DNA of 64,000 nucleotides from Vairimorpha necatrix (Eukaryota): NCBI GenBank assembly GCA_036630325.1, contig CP142735.1, positions 248,001 to 312,000 of the forward strand, read 5' to 3'. Shown piece by piece: positions 13,531 to 26,630 of this stretch (position 1 is its first letter; each line of letters starts with the position of its first letter). The notes under the pieces were generated by a model. It saw only the letters and a program-made list of their open reading frames with translations, ran no database searches and was not told where the DNA came from. The position numbers and the translations under genes were made by a program.

Positions 13531-14617
13531 TAGTGTTTATCACAAAAAATGATGGAATCATTTTAATTCTTTTTGTTAGTTTCAAAAAGAACGCTTCTAA
13601 TTAAATATTGTTTATGTAATTATTTGTATCTATTGTGATGCCTTTAAAAAACATTAGATAAGAAATTGGTATGATGTTTAATCATTTCTGCTTTATGCAC
13701 TATGCTTCTCATAAAAGCTATTAATAGATAATAGTTAAAGATCTATTCTTTTTATTATAAATAGTTGAAGTGCGTAGTAGTTACATAATGTAATATGCAA
13801 TAAAAATATTATATAGAAAGCATTTATTCTAAAAGCATACAACCCCTAAATCTATTAAATGTTAAATATTAAACAGCGACACTAAAGCCTAAAACTAATG
13901 AGTGCTAGTGTACTAAGTGAACGCTAAACTATATAGAGGCTTATATGAAGTCGTTCATTACAACATAAATATGTACACACACAATCGAAAAAAGAGCAAC
14001 ACTAGCATTTTTTATTAAAATACATATATTAATGCGATTTGAAAATAGGAATTAACGTAACTTTTTGATTTAAAATATTTCCACGAATAAGATAGTATGT
14101 ACAATACATTTTAACAAGATTAAAAAATGTATTAATCATTTAAATTTTTGAACTAAGCACTATTTGACCAAAAAAAACAAATAAATAAGAGTATATTCTG
14201 ATAAACAAATATTAGACAATAAAAATGAAAAAAAATATAGACACAACATTTCAGAAGCTTCGAAATGATATGTAAAACACGTGTATTTTGGATCTATAAA
14301 AAAGAATTGGAAAATAACAATTCCTGATAACATACTGCCATGTCTTGGCGGCACCTTGTTGGTTTATAAAAAGGAAATGTAAATAGATTTACATGTTGAA
14401 GAGTAATTCATATTTATTAAAAAATAATTTTCTTAAATAGTTTTTTCTGAATCAAATCAAATATAATTGGTTACACGAGTACCAATTAAAACATTGATCT
14501 GAAACAACTATTTCCGTGAGTATAATTGGTCATAGTGAGGGTATTCAGTTTCCCCCACCTTAGCCGGCCTTACTCTTTTGATATTTACCAATGTAAATTT
14601 ATCGTCTTCCAGAACCT

Positions 14618-17600
14618 TCAACTGATCGCCTGGATAGATTCCACAATAAAAGAACCTAGCCATTTGTCCTTAAGTTTTTCTTTTGCGTTTACATTCTTAA
14701 TGTAAATATAATCACCTTTAGCAAATTTGTGATCGATTATTCTAGACTTGTTTAATTTAGCATTATCTTTGGCTGTTTTTGTATGTATGTTTTGAATTAT
14801 ACTTCGAGTGTCAAATGATAAATTTCGTTTGAAGGGATCAAGTGGACTATATTTAAACCTAAACTCAAATGGAGATAACCCGGTTGTTTTATGAGCAGCG
14901 TAATTTAAGGCTCTAAACGCTAATTGAATCGTCTCGCTTAAAAAGTTTCCTTTATTGATTCTTAGTATCGTAGCGATGGTTTGGTTAATCCGCTCACTGA
15001 TGCTATTTCCCGTAGGATTATATGGAGAAGTAAGAATATGCTTGATTTTATACGCTTGTAAAATATTTTCAAATTTTTGCGATATAAATTGTTTACCCCT
15101 ATCTGAAAGTAGAGTTTGAGGGATGGGGCACTGTTTAAGCCAATTGTTTTCGAATGCCTCAGAAACTGCTGCTGCGGTAATCTGTGGAAGTATAATTAGT
15201 TCTGTCCATCGTGTCAATCTGTCTGTGATTGTTAGTATGTAAAATTTGTTTTCAACTATATTTGACTTAAACTCGTCTGAGCGAAATGGACCTATTATGT
15301 CCGTAGATATATCTTTAAATGGCGTGTTTGAAGAAAGGTTTCCTTTTAGTTCTCCATAGTTTGCGCGAAAGTTTTTACTTGTTTGACATTTAAAGCATTG
15401 CTGACTAATATTTTGAATGTTTCGTTTAACATTATTTCCCGTTAGATAAGTTTTTATGGAATTATAAAGCTTAACTTCTCCTGGGTGTCCTAAATAGTCA
15501 TGAATTCGCTTTAAATATGTTGTAAATATAGTATCTGGGAGGATAAGTCGGTTTACATTGTCTGATATAATGCCCGAATCATGGAGTATATATCTTTGTG
15601 GTGAATCTTCTACGCTTTCTTGCAGTTTAGAATCTTGCAGTTGTTGTTCTAAGATTTCTTTTAGGTTATATTTAAAATTTCCAAAAATGTAGTCCCTTAG
15701 TGCACAACACCTTGATAAGTGATCTGGAACTACGTTTGTTTCTCCTTTAATATGAGTGATTGTGTAATAATATTCGTCAAGTAATAGTTTCCAGCGTTGA
15801 ACTCGTTTATTCAGGGCTTCTGTTGTAAAAAGTAAATTTGCGTTGTCTGTCTGGATGTGTATTTTTGAATTAAAAATGATTTGCTTAAAGTGTCTGAGTG
15901 ATTTAATTACTGCTAGAAATTCCTTTTCCATAACCGTGTATCTTTTTTCGGCTTCTGAAAATTTGTAACTATAAAGTCCTATAAGGTTTTCGTCTTGAAG
16001 TAAAGTAGATCCTAATCCCTCTTCGGATGCATCTGTAGTAAGTAGAAAAGGTTTTTTGTAGTCGGGATAATTTAACATTGTTTGTCGTTTGATCTCCGAA
16101 ATAATGTTCTTTACTGAAGCATCTTCCTCTTTGGTCAACGAAAATTTGCTTTTCTTTGCTAGTTTTTTGGTCAAGAATGCTATTTTACTTGAAAGATTTT
16201 TGATATAAGGTCTGAACCAAATAATGAATCCAATAATCTTCATCAAGTCTTTCTTCGTTCTTGGGGGTTTTTTTATAGTAAATTTATCAACCCGGGAAAT
16301 ATCTGGTTTTATTCCTTTAGATGAAATTATATTTCCTAAATAGGTTACTTCGGGCACAAAGAAAGTGGATTTTTCAAAATTAACTGATGCGCCTGCCTTA
16401 CATAGAAGTGATAATACAATTTTAAGATGTTCTTCGTGGTCTTGTTGACATTTAGAATATATTAGTACGTCGTCTAGAAAAATTTTTACAAATTCGAGAT
16501 GAACCAAAAGGTCGGACATACATCGTTGGAATTCTCTGGGCGCATTGGCAAGCCCAAAGGGCATTCTTGGGAATTCATACTGTCCCCATGGAAGCACAAA
16601 CGCGGTTTTGTGAACATCTTGTTTAGCGACTGGGATCTGGTAATAGCCCATATTTAGATCTATTTGTGAAAAAAAATTGCTTCCTGTAATGATATTAGTT
16701 GTTCATGAATATTTATAAATGGAAATGCTTGTTTTACTGTTACTGAGTTAAGTTTTCTATAATCTACTACTAATCGAATTTTCCCGTTTTTCTTCAGAAT
16801 AGGGAATGCAGGCGATGCGTAATGAGACGTGCTTTTTTGTATAATCTTCAGTTTTAAAAGATTATCAATTTCTTGTTTGAGTGGTTCTTTTATGTTTACG
16901 GGCACTTGGTAAGGATTTGAAAATACTGGAGTATTGGTAGTTGTTTTTATCTGAAAACCTTGCGAAGGTAGTTGCCCAAGAGACGGATTGTTTTCTTGTA
17001 CGTCTTTAATGTATGATTTAATATAATCTGGAATTAATGTACTTTCGTCTTTTGTGATCATTTTTGATTTAGAGCATATGATATAGTCTGGATTGTTTAT
17101 CCAATCTTGATAATCTTTGTTCGTAAATTGAAACCTCTTATTTAGAATATAAATAGATTTTTGGTGATAGTCTATTACTGTACTGGTGTTATTTAAAAAG
17201 GGTCTTCCCAATATACAGTCCAGAATCAGATCGTCGAGTACGATGAAAATAACTCTTTCTTTAACGATTTATGATTGTTTTATTGTTAAATATACTTCGA
17301 CAGCCTCGTTAGTATTCGAGATAATACCGTTTCCATATTCAATTCGCCTGTTTTCGACTATAAGAGGGGTAAGTTCAAGTTGTTTTACCATTGATCTACT
17401 CATATAGTTGCTGCTTGCTCCTGTGTCGAATGATAGGGTAATTTGGGGTTGGTTGACATTTCCCAGTAGTTCGGGCAAACCAATTGGGGTATCCGGTTCT
17501 TTAAGAATTAAATTTTTATCATTTCTCTGGGTAACGCCTCTCTTGGAGCTGTTTAGCGCTCTACAATCTTTCGTATAGTGTCCACGGCTTTTATGAAATG

Positions 17601-17817
17601 TAAAAAATAGTTTTTGTTGGATATATTCTTTTTTATTCTTCATGGATTTAAAATCCAATTTAACACATGGCTCTTTTCCAAGGTTAATAATTGTTTGTTC
17701 TATTTCTTTAATTTGATTCATTATGGATATAGAATCCCTTGGATTAATCTTGGTCATTTCTAATTTCGTTGTTATATCTAAACCTTGGTAAAAATACTCA
17801 GATATTCTACTATTCAT
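14618..17817 (-). pseudogene. gag-end/PR/RT/RNase H/IN of element C (ORFs 17269-17817, 16660-17211, 14618-16651)
   Basis: FDTGAS, FLDD, TDAS, HxxxGH..CxxC and SDRG motifs, with breaks between the pieces. Confidence 0.9.
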
Positions 17818-17842
17818 ACCTTTCTCGGAGATTCTTAAACAC

Positions 17843-19995
17843 TGTGGTGCGAGCTGCCTCCTTGGCCGCTCGGCTTGTTTAAATAATTGTTAGTTTTAAA
17901 ATGTTTATTAATTCTGGTGCTCTTCATGCCAACGTGAAGGGCTAGAAATTCATCCTTTTATATTTTATTTTTAATAAGTGTCAAACTTATCATTCATTGG
18001 AGGGAAAGCTGGTCTCTTGTACAGCTTTCATATTCTTGCATTATTCACTAGGATAGACACTTTCTTATTCGTCATTTGTTTGTTGACGAAGACGTATTTG
18101 TTTACGTCCATGACTCGGCTGTAATTGAGATATGACAGCCGAGGGGTTCAAGTCTTAGAGTCCTACTTGACCGTCCTAGGTGCAGGAAGGATGTCGTGTG
18201 ACACACTCCCCTCCTTTCGAAGGATCCACTCTGCTGGATCTAATTCTTCAATCCACATGATATTCTTCCTATTCACTTTGTTTCTTTTCTCATATATATT
18301 GTATGTCTTGTAACGTCCACCTCCTCCCAACTTTTTATTAGGTATAACAATTTTCTCACGTTTGATATCTAGTTTCTTAATTTTTTTAATCAGTCCTTTT
18401 TTTCTTTTAGATCTCAAGGGAAATTTTTTGTCCCTTTTTCTCGGATATGGCTGGTAGTATTTTTTCTTTTTGTTTGGTGGAATAACATCTTTCATTTTTG
18501 TAAGTGTTTCTACTGGTTTTTTCGTTACAGGTATACGCAGTCCCCTTTTGGTTCTAAGTTTCGTAAGTTTCTTCCCGCCTAAAATTGATCTTGGGGATTC
18601 CTGTTTGTGTTCTCCTACAACAAGTATCGAATCACCATCCGTGTTGTTTGTTTCAACGCCATTGTCTGGTAAAATTTCCTTTACTTCTTTCGTCTTTTTG
18701 TAACTTTCGACATTTTCTTCTTGTTTCTCGCCTGTTATTTCGTTAAGGCGGTTATTGTATCTTATTTCTTTTTGTGAATCTGTAGTATTTTTATTTAATT
18801 TAAAGTTCAGTTTTGGCTTATGAATTCTAGCTTCCCCATCTATGGGGTTCTTTCCGCTGTTTTTTCGAAGTTTCTGTATTGCTATCTTGGTGTTATTGTT
18901 TTCACTCTGTAGTTCCTCAGATTTTTTTGATACTAGCACAGACTTTTGTTTTTCGACGTTGTCTTTGTTTCTAATCGATGTGGCCCCATGTGTAGCTTTT
19001 GTTTTATAAATCGCTTCGGGTTCTTCTTTCACTTCATTGTCATATACCCTGTAATTTGTATCGTGGTTATTTAGCTTCCTTTTTATATTTATATTTATCT
19101 TCTGTTCATATCGCTTGCAGAAGTTTAGTAAGTCTGCCCATGTAATACATTCCTCGATTTTATCTGATAGATAGCTATCGTTGCCTAGATATTCCATTAT
19201 CTTCTTAGTGGCATTTCTTATCTTCTTTTTGTTTCTTTCAGAAGATTTCATTAATTCGTATACATAGGTTATAATGTCTTGAAATTTTGGCCCATTAAAG
19301 ATTAGTTGCCAAAATATATTTTCATTGTCTTCGGCTTCTGATGCCGGTAAATATCCCACCTCAAACTCTTTTATAAAGCTTTCATAATCATGTATTTCGT
19401 AGCCTTCCTTTGCTTCGAACCATGCAAGGGCTTTAAATTCTAGTTTTGTTTTAATGATTTTGTAGATTTGTTCCGGTGTTTTCTCCCCCTCTAATTCAGT
19501 AAATTGTTAAATAAAGTTTCTGGGGGTTTCTCCTCTAGTCCCCTTAAATTTACTATATTTTTCTGAAGTTAACATCCCTGCTAACTTTTTAATAACATTC
19601 CCTATGTTATCCTCGTTATTCGCGTTGTCGCCAGTGTGGTGCGAGCTGCCTCCTTGGCCGCTCGGCTTGTTTAAATAATTGTTAGTTTTAAAATGTTTAT
19701 TAATTCTGGTGCTCTTCATGCCAACGTGAAGGGCTAGAAATTCATCCTTTTATATTTTATTTTTAATAAGTGTCAAACTTATCATTCATTGGAGGGAAAG
19801 CTGGTCTCTTGTACAGCTTTCATATTCTTGCATTATTCACTAGGATAGACACTTTCTTATTCGTCATTTGTTTGTTGACGAAGACGTATTTGTTTACGTC
19901 CATGACTCGGCTGTAATTGAGATATGACAGCCGAGGGGTTCAAGTCTTAGAGTCCTACTTGACCGTCCTAGGTGCAGGAAGGATGTCGTGTGACA
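17843..19995 (-). mobile_element. Non-autonomous gag-only LTR element D (2153 bp)
   Basis: 361-bp LTRs at 17843-18203 and 19635-19995 appear identical. TSD AACAC, PBS TGGCGACAAC at 19624-19633, PPT GAAAGGAGGGGAGTG. No RT, RH or IN core. Confidence 0.93.
18163..19719 (-). pseudogene. Gag-like ORF of element D (one in-frame TAA at 19507-19509) ending in an integrase-type C-terminal tail
   Basis: N-terminus aligns by eye with the Gag of B and E (KFKG..E.P..F..QF, ALAWF). C-terminus IEELDPAEWILRKEG matches the IN tail of E (IEESDPIDWILSKEG). Confidence 0.8.
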
Positions 19996-20062
19996 AACAC
20001 CATTTTAGTTTAGTTGTAAGGTCTTTAATTCGATTATGATATTGTTCGATATATGTAAAATC

Positions 20063-21187
20063 GGATCTAGTTTGCTACGCGCCCGGAGGGAACCTCGTTT
20101 GTTATACGCCCGGAATAAAAAATTACACATTTTTAAGAGAGAATAACTTTTCTAGCATGATAATAAAAAAGCAGCATTGTAAAAAAAACAGGCTTGTTTT
20201 AGAATTAATTAATTTTATTGCTTATGGCTTATAAAGATAGGATATTGATGAACACAGTCTGCTTAAACTCATCTCTGATCATCAGTTCAGCTAGAAGACC
20301 AGGAAGTTGTGCTTTTTGAACACCATACATTTTCTTAATCACAATCTTCATCTTATTCCAGAATGACTCTATGTTCTGGGTATGGGCTCCAGTTATCGGA
20401 TCAACGAAATTTGTCTTGTGGTTTACAACCAGATGACGGAACCCGAGCTCACTTTCAATATTCACATATGATCCCCAGCCATCAGAGTGAATGATTGTGC
20501 CAGGTCTACATATCCTAGCAATGATCGGAAGTAAAACAGTAGCTGTTCGATTGGGAACAATCACCATATAGCACTTCGCAGGAGAGAAAGAGGTGTCTGC
20601 GATCCCAAAAACCCACACATCACTTGATGGTGCTCTACCATGATGATGTTTGATCTTGTGGACGAACTGGCTTTCGTCGATCTGGCAAACAATACCTGGA
20701 CCTCCCAATCTCATAGAATCAGCCTCGAAGTATCCTTTAAGAATAGTTCTCAGCTTGTTTATAAATGCTACGATGCTGTTTCTTCTAAATCCATGCTCGG
20801 AAATGATCTCTTTAATCTGTTTTCCCTTGCTCCAAAGCATAATCATAGCGTAGATCTCGGACAAATGCAATTTAAATCCCTCAAAAAATGATCCAGTTCT
20901 AATGCTCTTTGTGCTTCTGTAGAGCCTGCACACTTTATTATCACAAGTCCAGCATATAAGGTCCGGGTCTTTCTTTGATCTCTCAACCATGCCAGATGAA
21001 CACTCAGAACAGGACATACTGGTCAAAAAAAGGTTTTGTTCTCGCAGAACAGAAATCATCTCTCTAGGTGGCATTCTACGGATTTGTACGTAACTTTCAA
21101 ACTGCGACACACCCGTTCTCATAAGGGTAAATTTTTAAAAACCTAGTTTGTTATACGCCCGGATAGGGCGTATAACAAACTATATCC
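20063..21187 (-). mobile_element. Merlin DNA transposon 1, intact
   Basis: TIRs GGATCTAGTTTGCTACGCGCCC / GGATATAGTTTGTTATACGCCC, 8-bp TSD GTAAAATC, subterminal repeats. Confidence 0.93.
20229..21122 (-). CDS. Merlin/IS1016-like DDE transposase (297 aa)
   Basis: N-terminal CxxC..C zinc ribbon, QIDES, IHSDGW, VNH and HTQNIESFW motifs. Confidence 0.93.
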   Translation of the reverse strand: MRTGVSQFESYVQIRRMPPREMISVLREQNLFLTSMSCSECSSGMVERSKKDPDLICWTCDNKVCRLYRSTKSIRTGSFFEGFKLHLSEIYAMIMLWSKGKQIKEIISEHGFRRNSIVAFINKLRTILKGYFEADSMRLGGPGIVCQIDESQFVHKIKHHHGRAPSSDVWVFGIADTSFSPAKCYMVIVPNRTATVLLPIIARICRPGTIIHSDGWGSYVNIESELGFRHLVVNHKTNFVDPITGAHTQNIESFWNKMKIVIKKMYGVQKAQLPGLLAELMIRDEFKQTVFINILSL

Positions 21188-22771
21188 GTAAAATCTACAT
21201 GTTTTGTTCTTTGAATCGCATCTAAGTACCAATGGGAATCCTGTTCGGGATAGGCGCTGTAAATTAGCGCAAGAAAATGCTTTTCTATGTCCAAAATTTT
21301 CTTCTTTGAAAGTATATCTAAAAGCGAAGGCGAAACTACCGAATGCAGCACGGCAATTAAAAAAGATGCTGACCATTGGCATTGTTCCATGGTTTCTCTG
21401 AACTCTGAAGTCCATTGAAAAATATCCTGTATTGTTAAATCGTTAAGTTCTGTGATAGACTTTGAAAGTTGTAACGAATTTGTAGGATCGGAAGAAAAGG
21501 TAAAAGAGTACTGTTTAAAATTTTTCTTTGTTTTTGACAGATTTGAACCTGGTTTGTTAAAGCTCCCTGCATGAATAAAATCTTCTTTTTCGGCGTATGA
21601 CGTCATAATGCCATGTCTTGGCGGTACCTTGTTGGTTTTTAAAAAGGAAATGTAAATAGATTTACATGTTGAAGAGTAATTCATATTTATTTAAAAATAA
21701 TTTTCTTAAATAGTTTTTTCTGAATCAAATCAAATATAATTGGTTACACGAGTACCAATTAAAACATTGATCTGAAACAACTATTTCCTTGAGTATAATT
21801 GGTCATAGTTAGGGTATGACACATACAATAAGTTAAATGATTAAATCTTAAAAAATTTAGTCTTGTCGAGTAAATTTTAATTATTGTATTGATGTAATAA
21901 AAAAATAATTTAAAACATAACAACTAGAGAATTACATAGTGATAAAACATAACTCTAAACATATAAGATAATTTGGCTTGGCGGAATTATAAAAACGTAC
22001 ATATAATTTCTTGATCTCTGATAGAATAATTGGAACTTTTTTTTGAAGACTTGAGGGTATGTAATAATAGAAATCAGGGAGAAAAAAAGCAAAATTACAA
22101 TTTTTCGGACACGTGATATGCCCGAAGAAATATCAAGGCCAAATATCAATTTTTATCTTTTGTTTTTATAAATAAGAACTACTTTTTTCAAAAGTAACTA
22201 CATGTTTATAATCATTTATCGCTACGTTAAACAAAGTACTATTTTGCGTTTATTGCTAGTTTAAGAATTTTGTTTGATGGACACCATAATATAATACAAG
22301 ACATTTCATCAAGTTAAAGAAATCAAATTATATAACATGAAACATTAATTTACAAATCTCTGCGCGTCAAATTATAATATCTATAAATTGTTGAGTGATA
22401 GTTTGTATATGAAAATATCCATAATATATTCATGTATGCTCATATATGAGAATGTATTTTTGTTAGAAACCTTTCTTTTATATTTAGCATTTGTAATGCG
22501 TAGTGCCTTAGAAGTAATATTTACAAAAAATTCAAAGGGGGTTGTTCCCAAAATCTGGTCTTTACATTAATATTAGAATTTAATTTATGTCATTTAAACT
22601 AATTTTTTTTTATAAATAAATTTCTTTATGTATATGTATCAGCAGCTATCTTATTTTATATGGTTAAAATAAACGTATATAAAATGTTTTAAACCTATTT
22701 GTAAACATCAAAACATAACAAACAAAAATCTGCTTGTCAGTTATTTTATAAAAAAGAAGAAGGTAATTTGT

Positions 22772-23988
22772 ATGAATATTAAAGATTTAAAATTTAAAAG
22801 TAGAACAATTTTAGATAGTAGGGGAAATCCAACTTTGGAAAAAGATATAATATATAAAAATAATATTTTTAGATCATCTTGCCCAGCTGGAGCATAAGTG
22901 GGATCAAAAATGCATTGTTTTAAAAGACAATAGAATAAAAAATAGGGGAAAGTCAATTGACGATATACATCAGATTATAAATAAAGTAATAGTTCCAAAA
23001 CTTATGGAGACTACTGTAAACCTCTTAGACATATTAAAAAATGATGAAATAATGTTGGAAATAGATAAAAGCAATAATAAACAGAATATCGGAGGAAATA
23101 GTATTTTGCCCCTATCTCTAAGTTTGTGTAAATAGCAGCACACCTTAATAATCTTCAATTGTTTGAGTATATTGCACAAATCAATGGAAACGTAGCAAAT
23201 ATGGCAGTACATCATTTTAATATTTTAATGGAGGAATGCATTCGGGTGATAATTTTTTTATCAATGAATAATGATAAAATTTAATGCTGGGGATATTGAA
23301 AAAATATTAAATATGGTAGTGTGTTATCAAGAATTAGAAAATGTTATTATAAGAATATATGATAATACATACACAAGTGTAGGATATGAAGAAGAGTTTG
23401 CGCCTCCCTTAAAAAATGTGGACAAAGCTATGGATCTTTTAAAAGAAACTGGAGCTTTGTGTGGTATTACTGATTATAAAATAGCTATGGATGTAGCAGC
23501 AAATAGTTTTTATAAAGATGGAAAATATGATTTAAACGGAATCAAAATGACTTCTAATGAATTATGTGAATAATATTTGCATTTGATACAAAAACACTTA
23601 AATATATAGTATTTAAGATCCTTTCAGCGAAGATGATACAACAGGCTGGGAAACTTTTTCGAAAGCAGCTCTCATAGGCTTGAATATTGTAGGGGATGAT
23701 CTAACGGTTACAAACATCAATCTAGTAAGGAAAGCCGGCATAAAAAAATTGTTCAATGTTGTTAGTAAAGCCAAACCAGATAGGCTCCGTCTTGGAAACG
23801 TTAAATGCTGTTATTATGGCTAGAAAATTATGGTATCTCATAGAAGCGGGGAAACAGAAGACACTTTTATCAGTCATTTAGCAGTAGGTATCGGAGCATA
23901 TTATATAAAATCCGGCGCTCCATGCAGAGGGGAGCGGGTTTCAAAATACAATGAACTTATTAGGATCAAAGAACATCTCAAAAAATAA
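22772..23988 (+). pseudogene. ENO: Enolase pseudogene
   Basis: Motifs [46 protein letters not shown] and [17 protein letters not shown] occur in changing frames with multiple stops and frameshifts. Confidence 0.92.
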
Positions 23989-24099
23989 CAGTATGTTTGT
24001 TTAGTTTTTAATCTTAGCGTTATGTATTCTTTTACGTATACTATAAAATTAAAATCATAAATGATAAATTTTTATTTAGTTATGCATCTTGTAATACTA

Positions 24100-24360
24100 T
24101 GGCTCTATTTCTGTCTTCATATGTTTTTCTTTGTGAGTAGAAATGATTTACACACCGTCTTTCGTCTTTCCTCATCACATCCGAGATCTTTTGATCTGCT
24201 ATCGTTGAAGAAATACTTTTAAGAGTTCTTTTAGAACAAGAGATTGGATATACGGCTCGACGAATTTTGGTATATCAAGCCTTCTTCGATGCACGATATG
24301 GTATTTGGTAACCATGCCGCCCCATGTTAATACATAAGGAATAATTTTACATTTAAACAA
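24100..24360 (-). mobile_element. Degenerate 3' fragment of an RLE-type non-LTR retrotransposon
   Basis: Minus strand reads PYVLTWGGMVTKYH...PYIQSLVLKRTL, homologous to 42021-42446. Edges approximate. Confidence 0.65.
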
Positions 24361-24520
24361 TACATAAAATATTATCTAACTAGAATATATTTCAAAAATC
24401 AATATACGAAAGCCTTAAACTTTATGACAAATGTCTCAATCATTCGAAAAATATCTAAATAACGCATATTATTTGGATAAATTACACTGACATTCAATCC
24501 TTATAATTAATACATTTTTT

Positions 24521-25728
24521 GGCGCTACTTCATTTTCTTGCCCCCCCTAAAAAAAAATTATTTAGAAGAAATTTTATTCATAAAACCTACAAAGTTTTAA
24601 AATTTTTATATAAGCACACCTATGATCATCATTATTGAAATGATTAATATTTTTTTTTCCAAGCGAATTTTTTTAGAACTAAATTTATCCTATGCCTTTT
24701 AAGCCCCATTCTGGATCTATATTCATTCTTCAAATGGGACCACAAATTTTCTATATTATTTGTGTGGTCTCCTTCTGCATTTATAAACCCAAGCGAATGA
24801 TTTACTTTGTAATGAACACTCCCAAAATTTCTAGAGGCTGGAGGGCATGAAGGGTATCCATCAGAAATTATAATAGAGCCACGTTTTACTCTGTGTCTAA
24901 AAAACTCTTTAATAGTACCAGATTGTCGATTCGGTAGCAATTCAAGAACAAATTCTCTACAGTTACTTTCTACTATGCCGCCTATAATCCATTGAATTCC
25001 AGACATGGAATCCAAAGTTGAAAAAGGATTGGATACAATTACCCCGTTGCATATGGCGGTTTCATCAAATTGTACACTTACAGAAGTTCTTCATATTTAA
25101 TAGCTATCATCGCTTTTAGAATCAATGACTTCCATCACTGTATCCTTGATTTTAATATTTGAATTTTCACATATTTTGCAAAGATCTATTGCTTGGTAAG
25201 TAGTATAATTTAAAACCCAGCCATAGAATGCTCTAAGAATCTTGTGAAATTGAACGCTTATCCCTTTAAACATCGTACCATTTTTAAGTGAGCTCTTCGA
25301 ACTACACTTTTTATTAACACAACGATAAGCTTTACCGTCGATTTGGCCGGAACATCTATTAATGTTCATAAGAACAGTTCGTTCTGATGTCGAACAATGT
25401 CTGCAAGCAATCGATCTTTTTAGAAGACCATTATCTAAAAAAATCAATTGCTGCTTTATTGTGCCTAAAGCACGCATCTTCGCAGATATTTAGCTCCCGA
25501 ATAGCTTCCTTTAAATTTCTTATTAAGGATTAAAAAATTAAAATTTTTTAACCCCTTAATGAGGAATCTGAAGGAGGCATTTAAAAATTCTCAAATCGAC
25601 AAAAAATACCTTAACTTCATTTTCTTGCCCCCCTCAAAAAAAATATGTTTAGATTTGAAAAATTACACGATTTTGTATCTTTTTATGTATGTTTTTTTTA
25701 GGGGGGGGCAAGAAAATGAAGTAGCGCC
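24521..25728 (-). mobile_element. Merlin DNA transposon 2 with disrupted transposase (pieces 25097-25477 and 24644-25015)
   Basis: ~35-bp TIRs GGCGCTACTTCATTTTCTTGCCCCCCC, 8-bp TSD CATTTTTT, QFDET, ISDGY and HTNNIENLW motifs. Confidence 0.92.
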
Positions 25729-25819
25729 CATTTTTTACTCTATATTTATTGCCGATTAGTCCAAAGTCAAAGCTGTATATGCATAACCAATACAACAAGG
25801 TCTTTTTGCGATTTTCATC

Positions 25820-26630
25820 GCGCTTATTTTTTCTTTGCGCTTATTTTTTCTTTGCGCTTAAGAGGAAGAGAAAAATCTTACATAGGTTTCAACATTTAGT
25901 CGGGCTTCTTATCCAATGCATCGTTAAGTTATTAGTCACAAAAATTAAAGCAAATTATCTACAGTATCTTCAAGTTCAGCCTATCCAGTAAAGTTAGGCA
26001 CCGATAAAATTTTTTTCGTTTCCCAAAATCGCGCTAATTACAACAAGCAAATATACTATATCGACATGGTTTAATAGCAAAGGGAGAGGCATCATCATAC
26101 TAGCTCAGCAGTCCCTCAAATAATCGACATCTCACCCGTGGGGGTTTACACCAACTCATTTATAGCTGGTATCTATTGGACAAATTACCCTTGTATTTCA
26201 CTAGTTTTGTCTATCGTGTTTAAGGATCTTATAGGTTGGGGCATAGGAGATCTTCTTTTAACCTACCCCGTCTAGGACACTAATTAAATCTGTAAGTCCT
26301 CCCAGAGTGTACCAGCAATGGCCCATACTGGGGTTAGCCCATAGATAATAGTGTGTGTTATAAGGCACTACGAGGGGAATACTGTTTTTTCGTCTTTAAA
26401 GAGCGTTTCTACACTAAATGTTAATCCCATCAGAGTGATACGCCCACTGATTTCTTAAATCAAATTAAATTTTATGAACGTACATATTGTCTGAATGCTC
26501 AACTGCATTATAGAATGTAGAAAATTTATATCACTCTATATTCGAATCCAGTCATGCCAAATAACCAGCTCTGCCTCTGTATGATAATCTAAGGCCTCCA
26601 ATTGGCGATTAATGTCCATGAGATATCTGA
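25820..26630 (-). mobile_element. Older, diverged copy of the tRNA-headed SINE-like element
   Basis: Collinear blocks shared with 35965-36712 (e.g. GCGTTTCTACACTA, AGAGTG.ACCAGC.ATGG, CAACTGCAT.ATAGAA.GTAGAAA). B-box-like GGATTCGAAT near 26540-26550. Edges approximate. Confidence 0.7.

Larger units (their letters stand above)
14336..21821 (-). mobile_element. Ty3/Gypsy element C (~4.2 kb net), interrupted in gag by element D and a Merlin
   Basis: LTRs 14336-14547 (3') and 21609-21821 (5'), TSD CATAC, PPT AGGTGGGGGAAAC. No tRNA PBS; palindrome TATGACGTCATA at 21596-21607. Confidence 0.93.

Noticed and set aside
20063-21187. Bacterial IS1595/ISXO2 contamination or a prokaryotic origin of the window
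   Set aside because: The elements sit with TSDs inside eukaryotic LTR retrotransposons. There are no operons, CRISPR arrays or rRNA.
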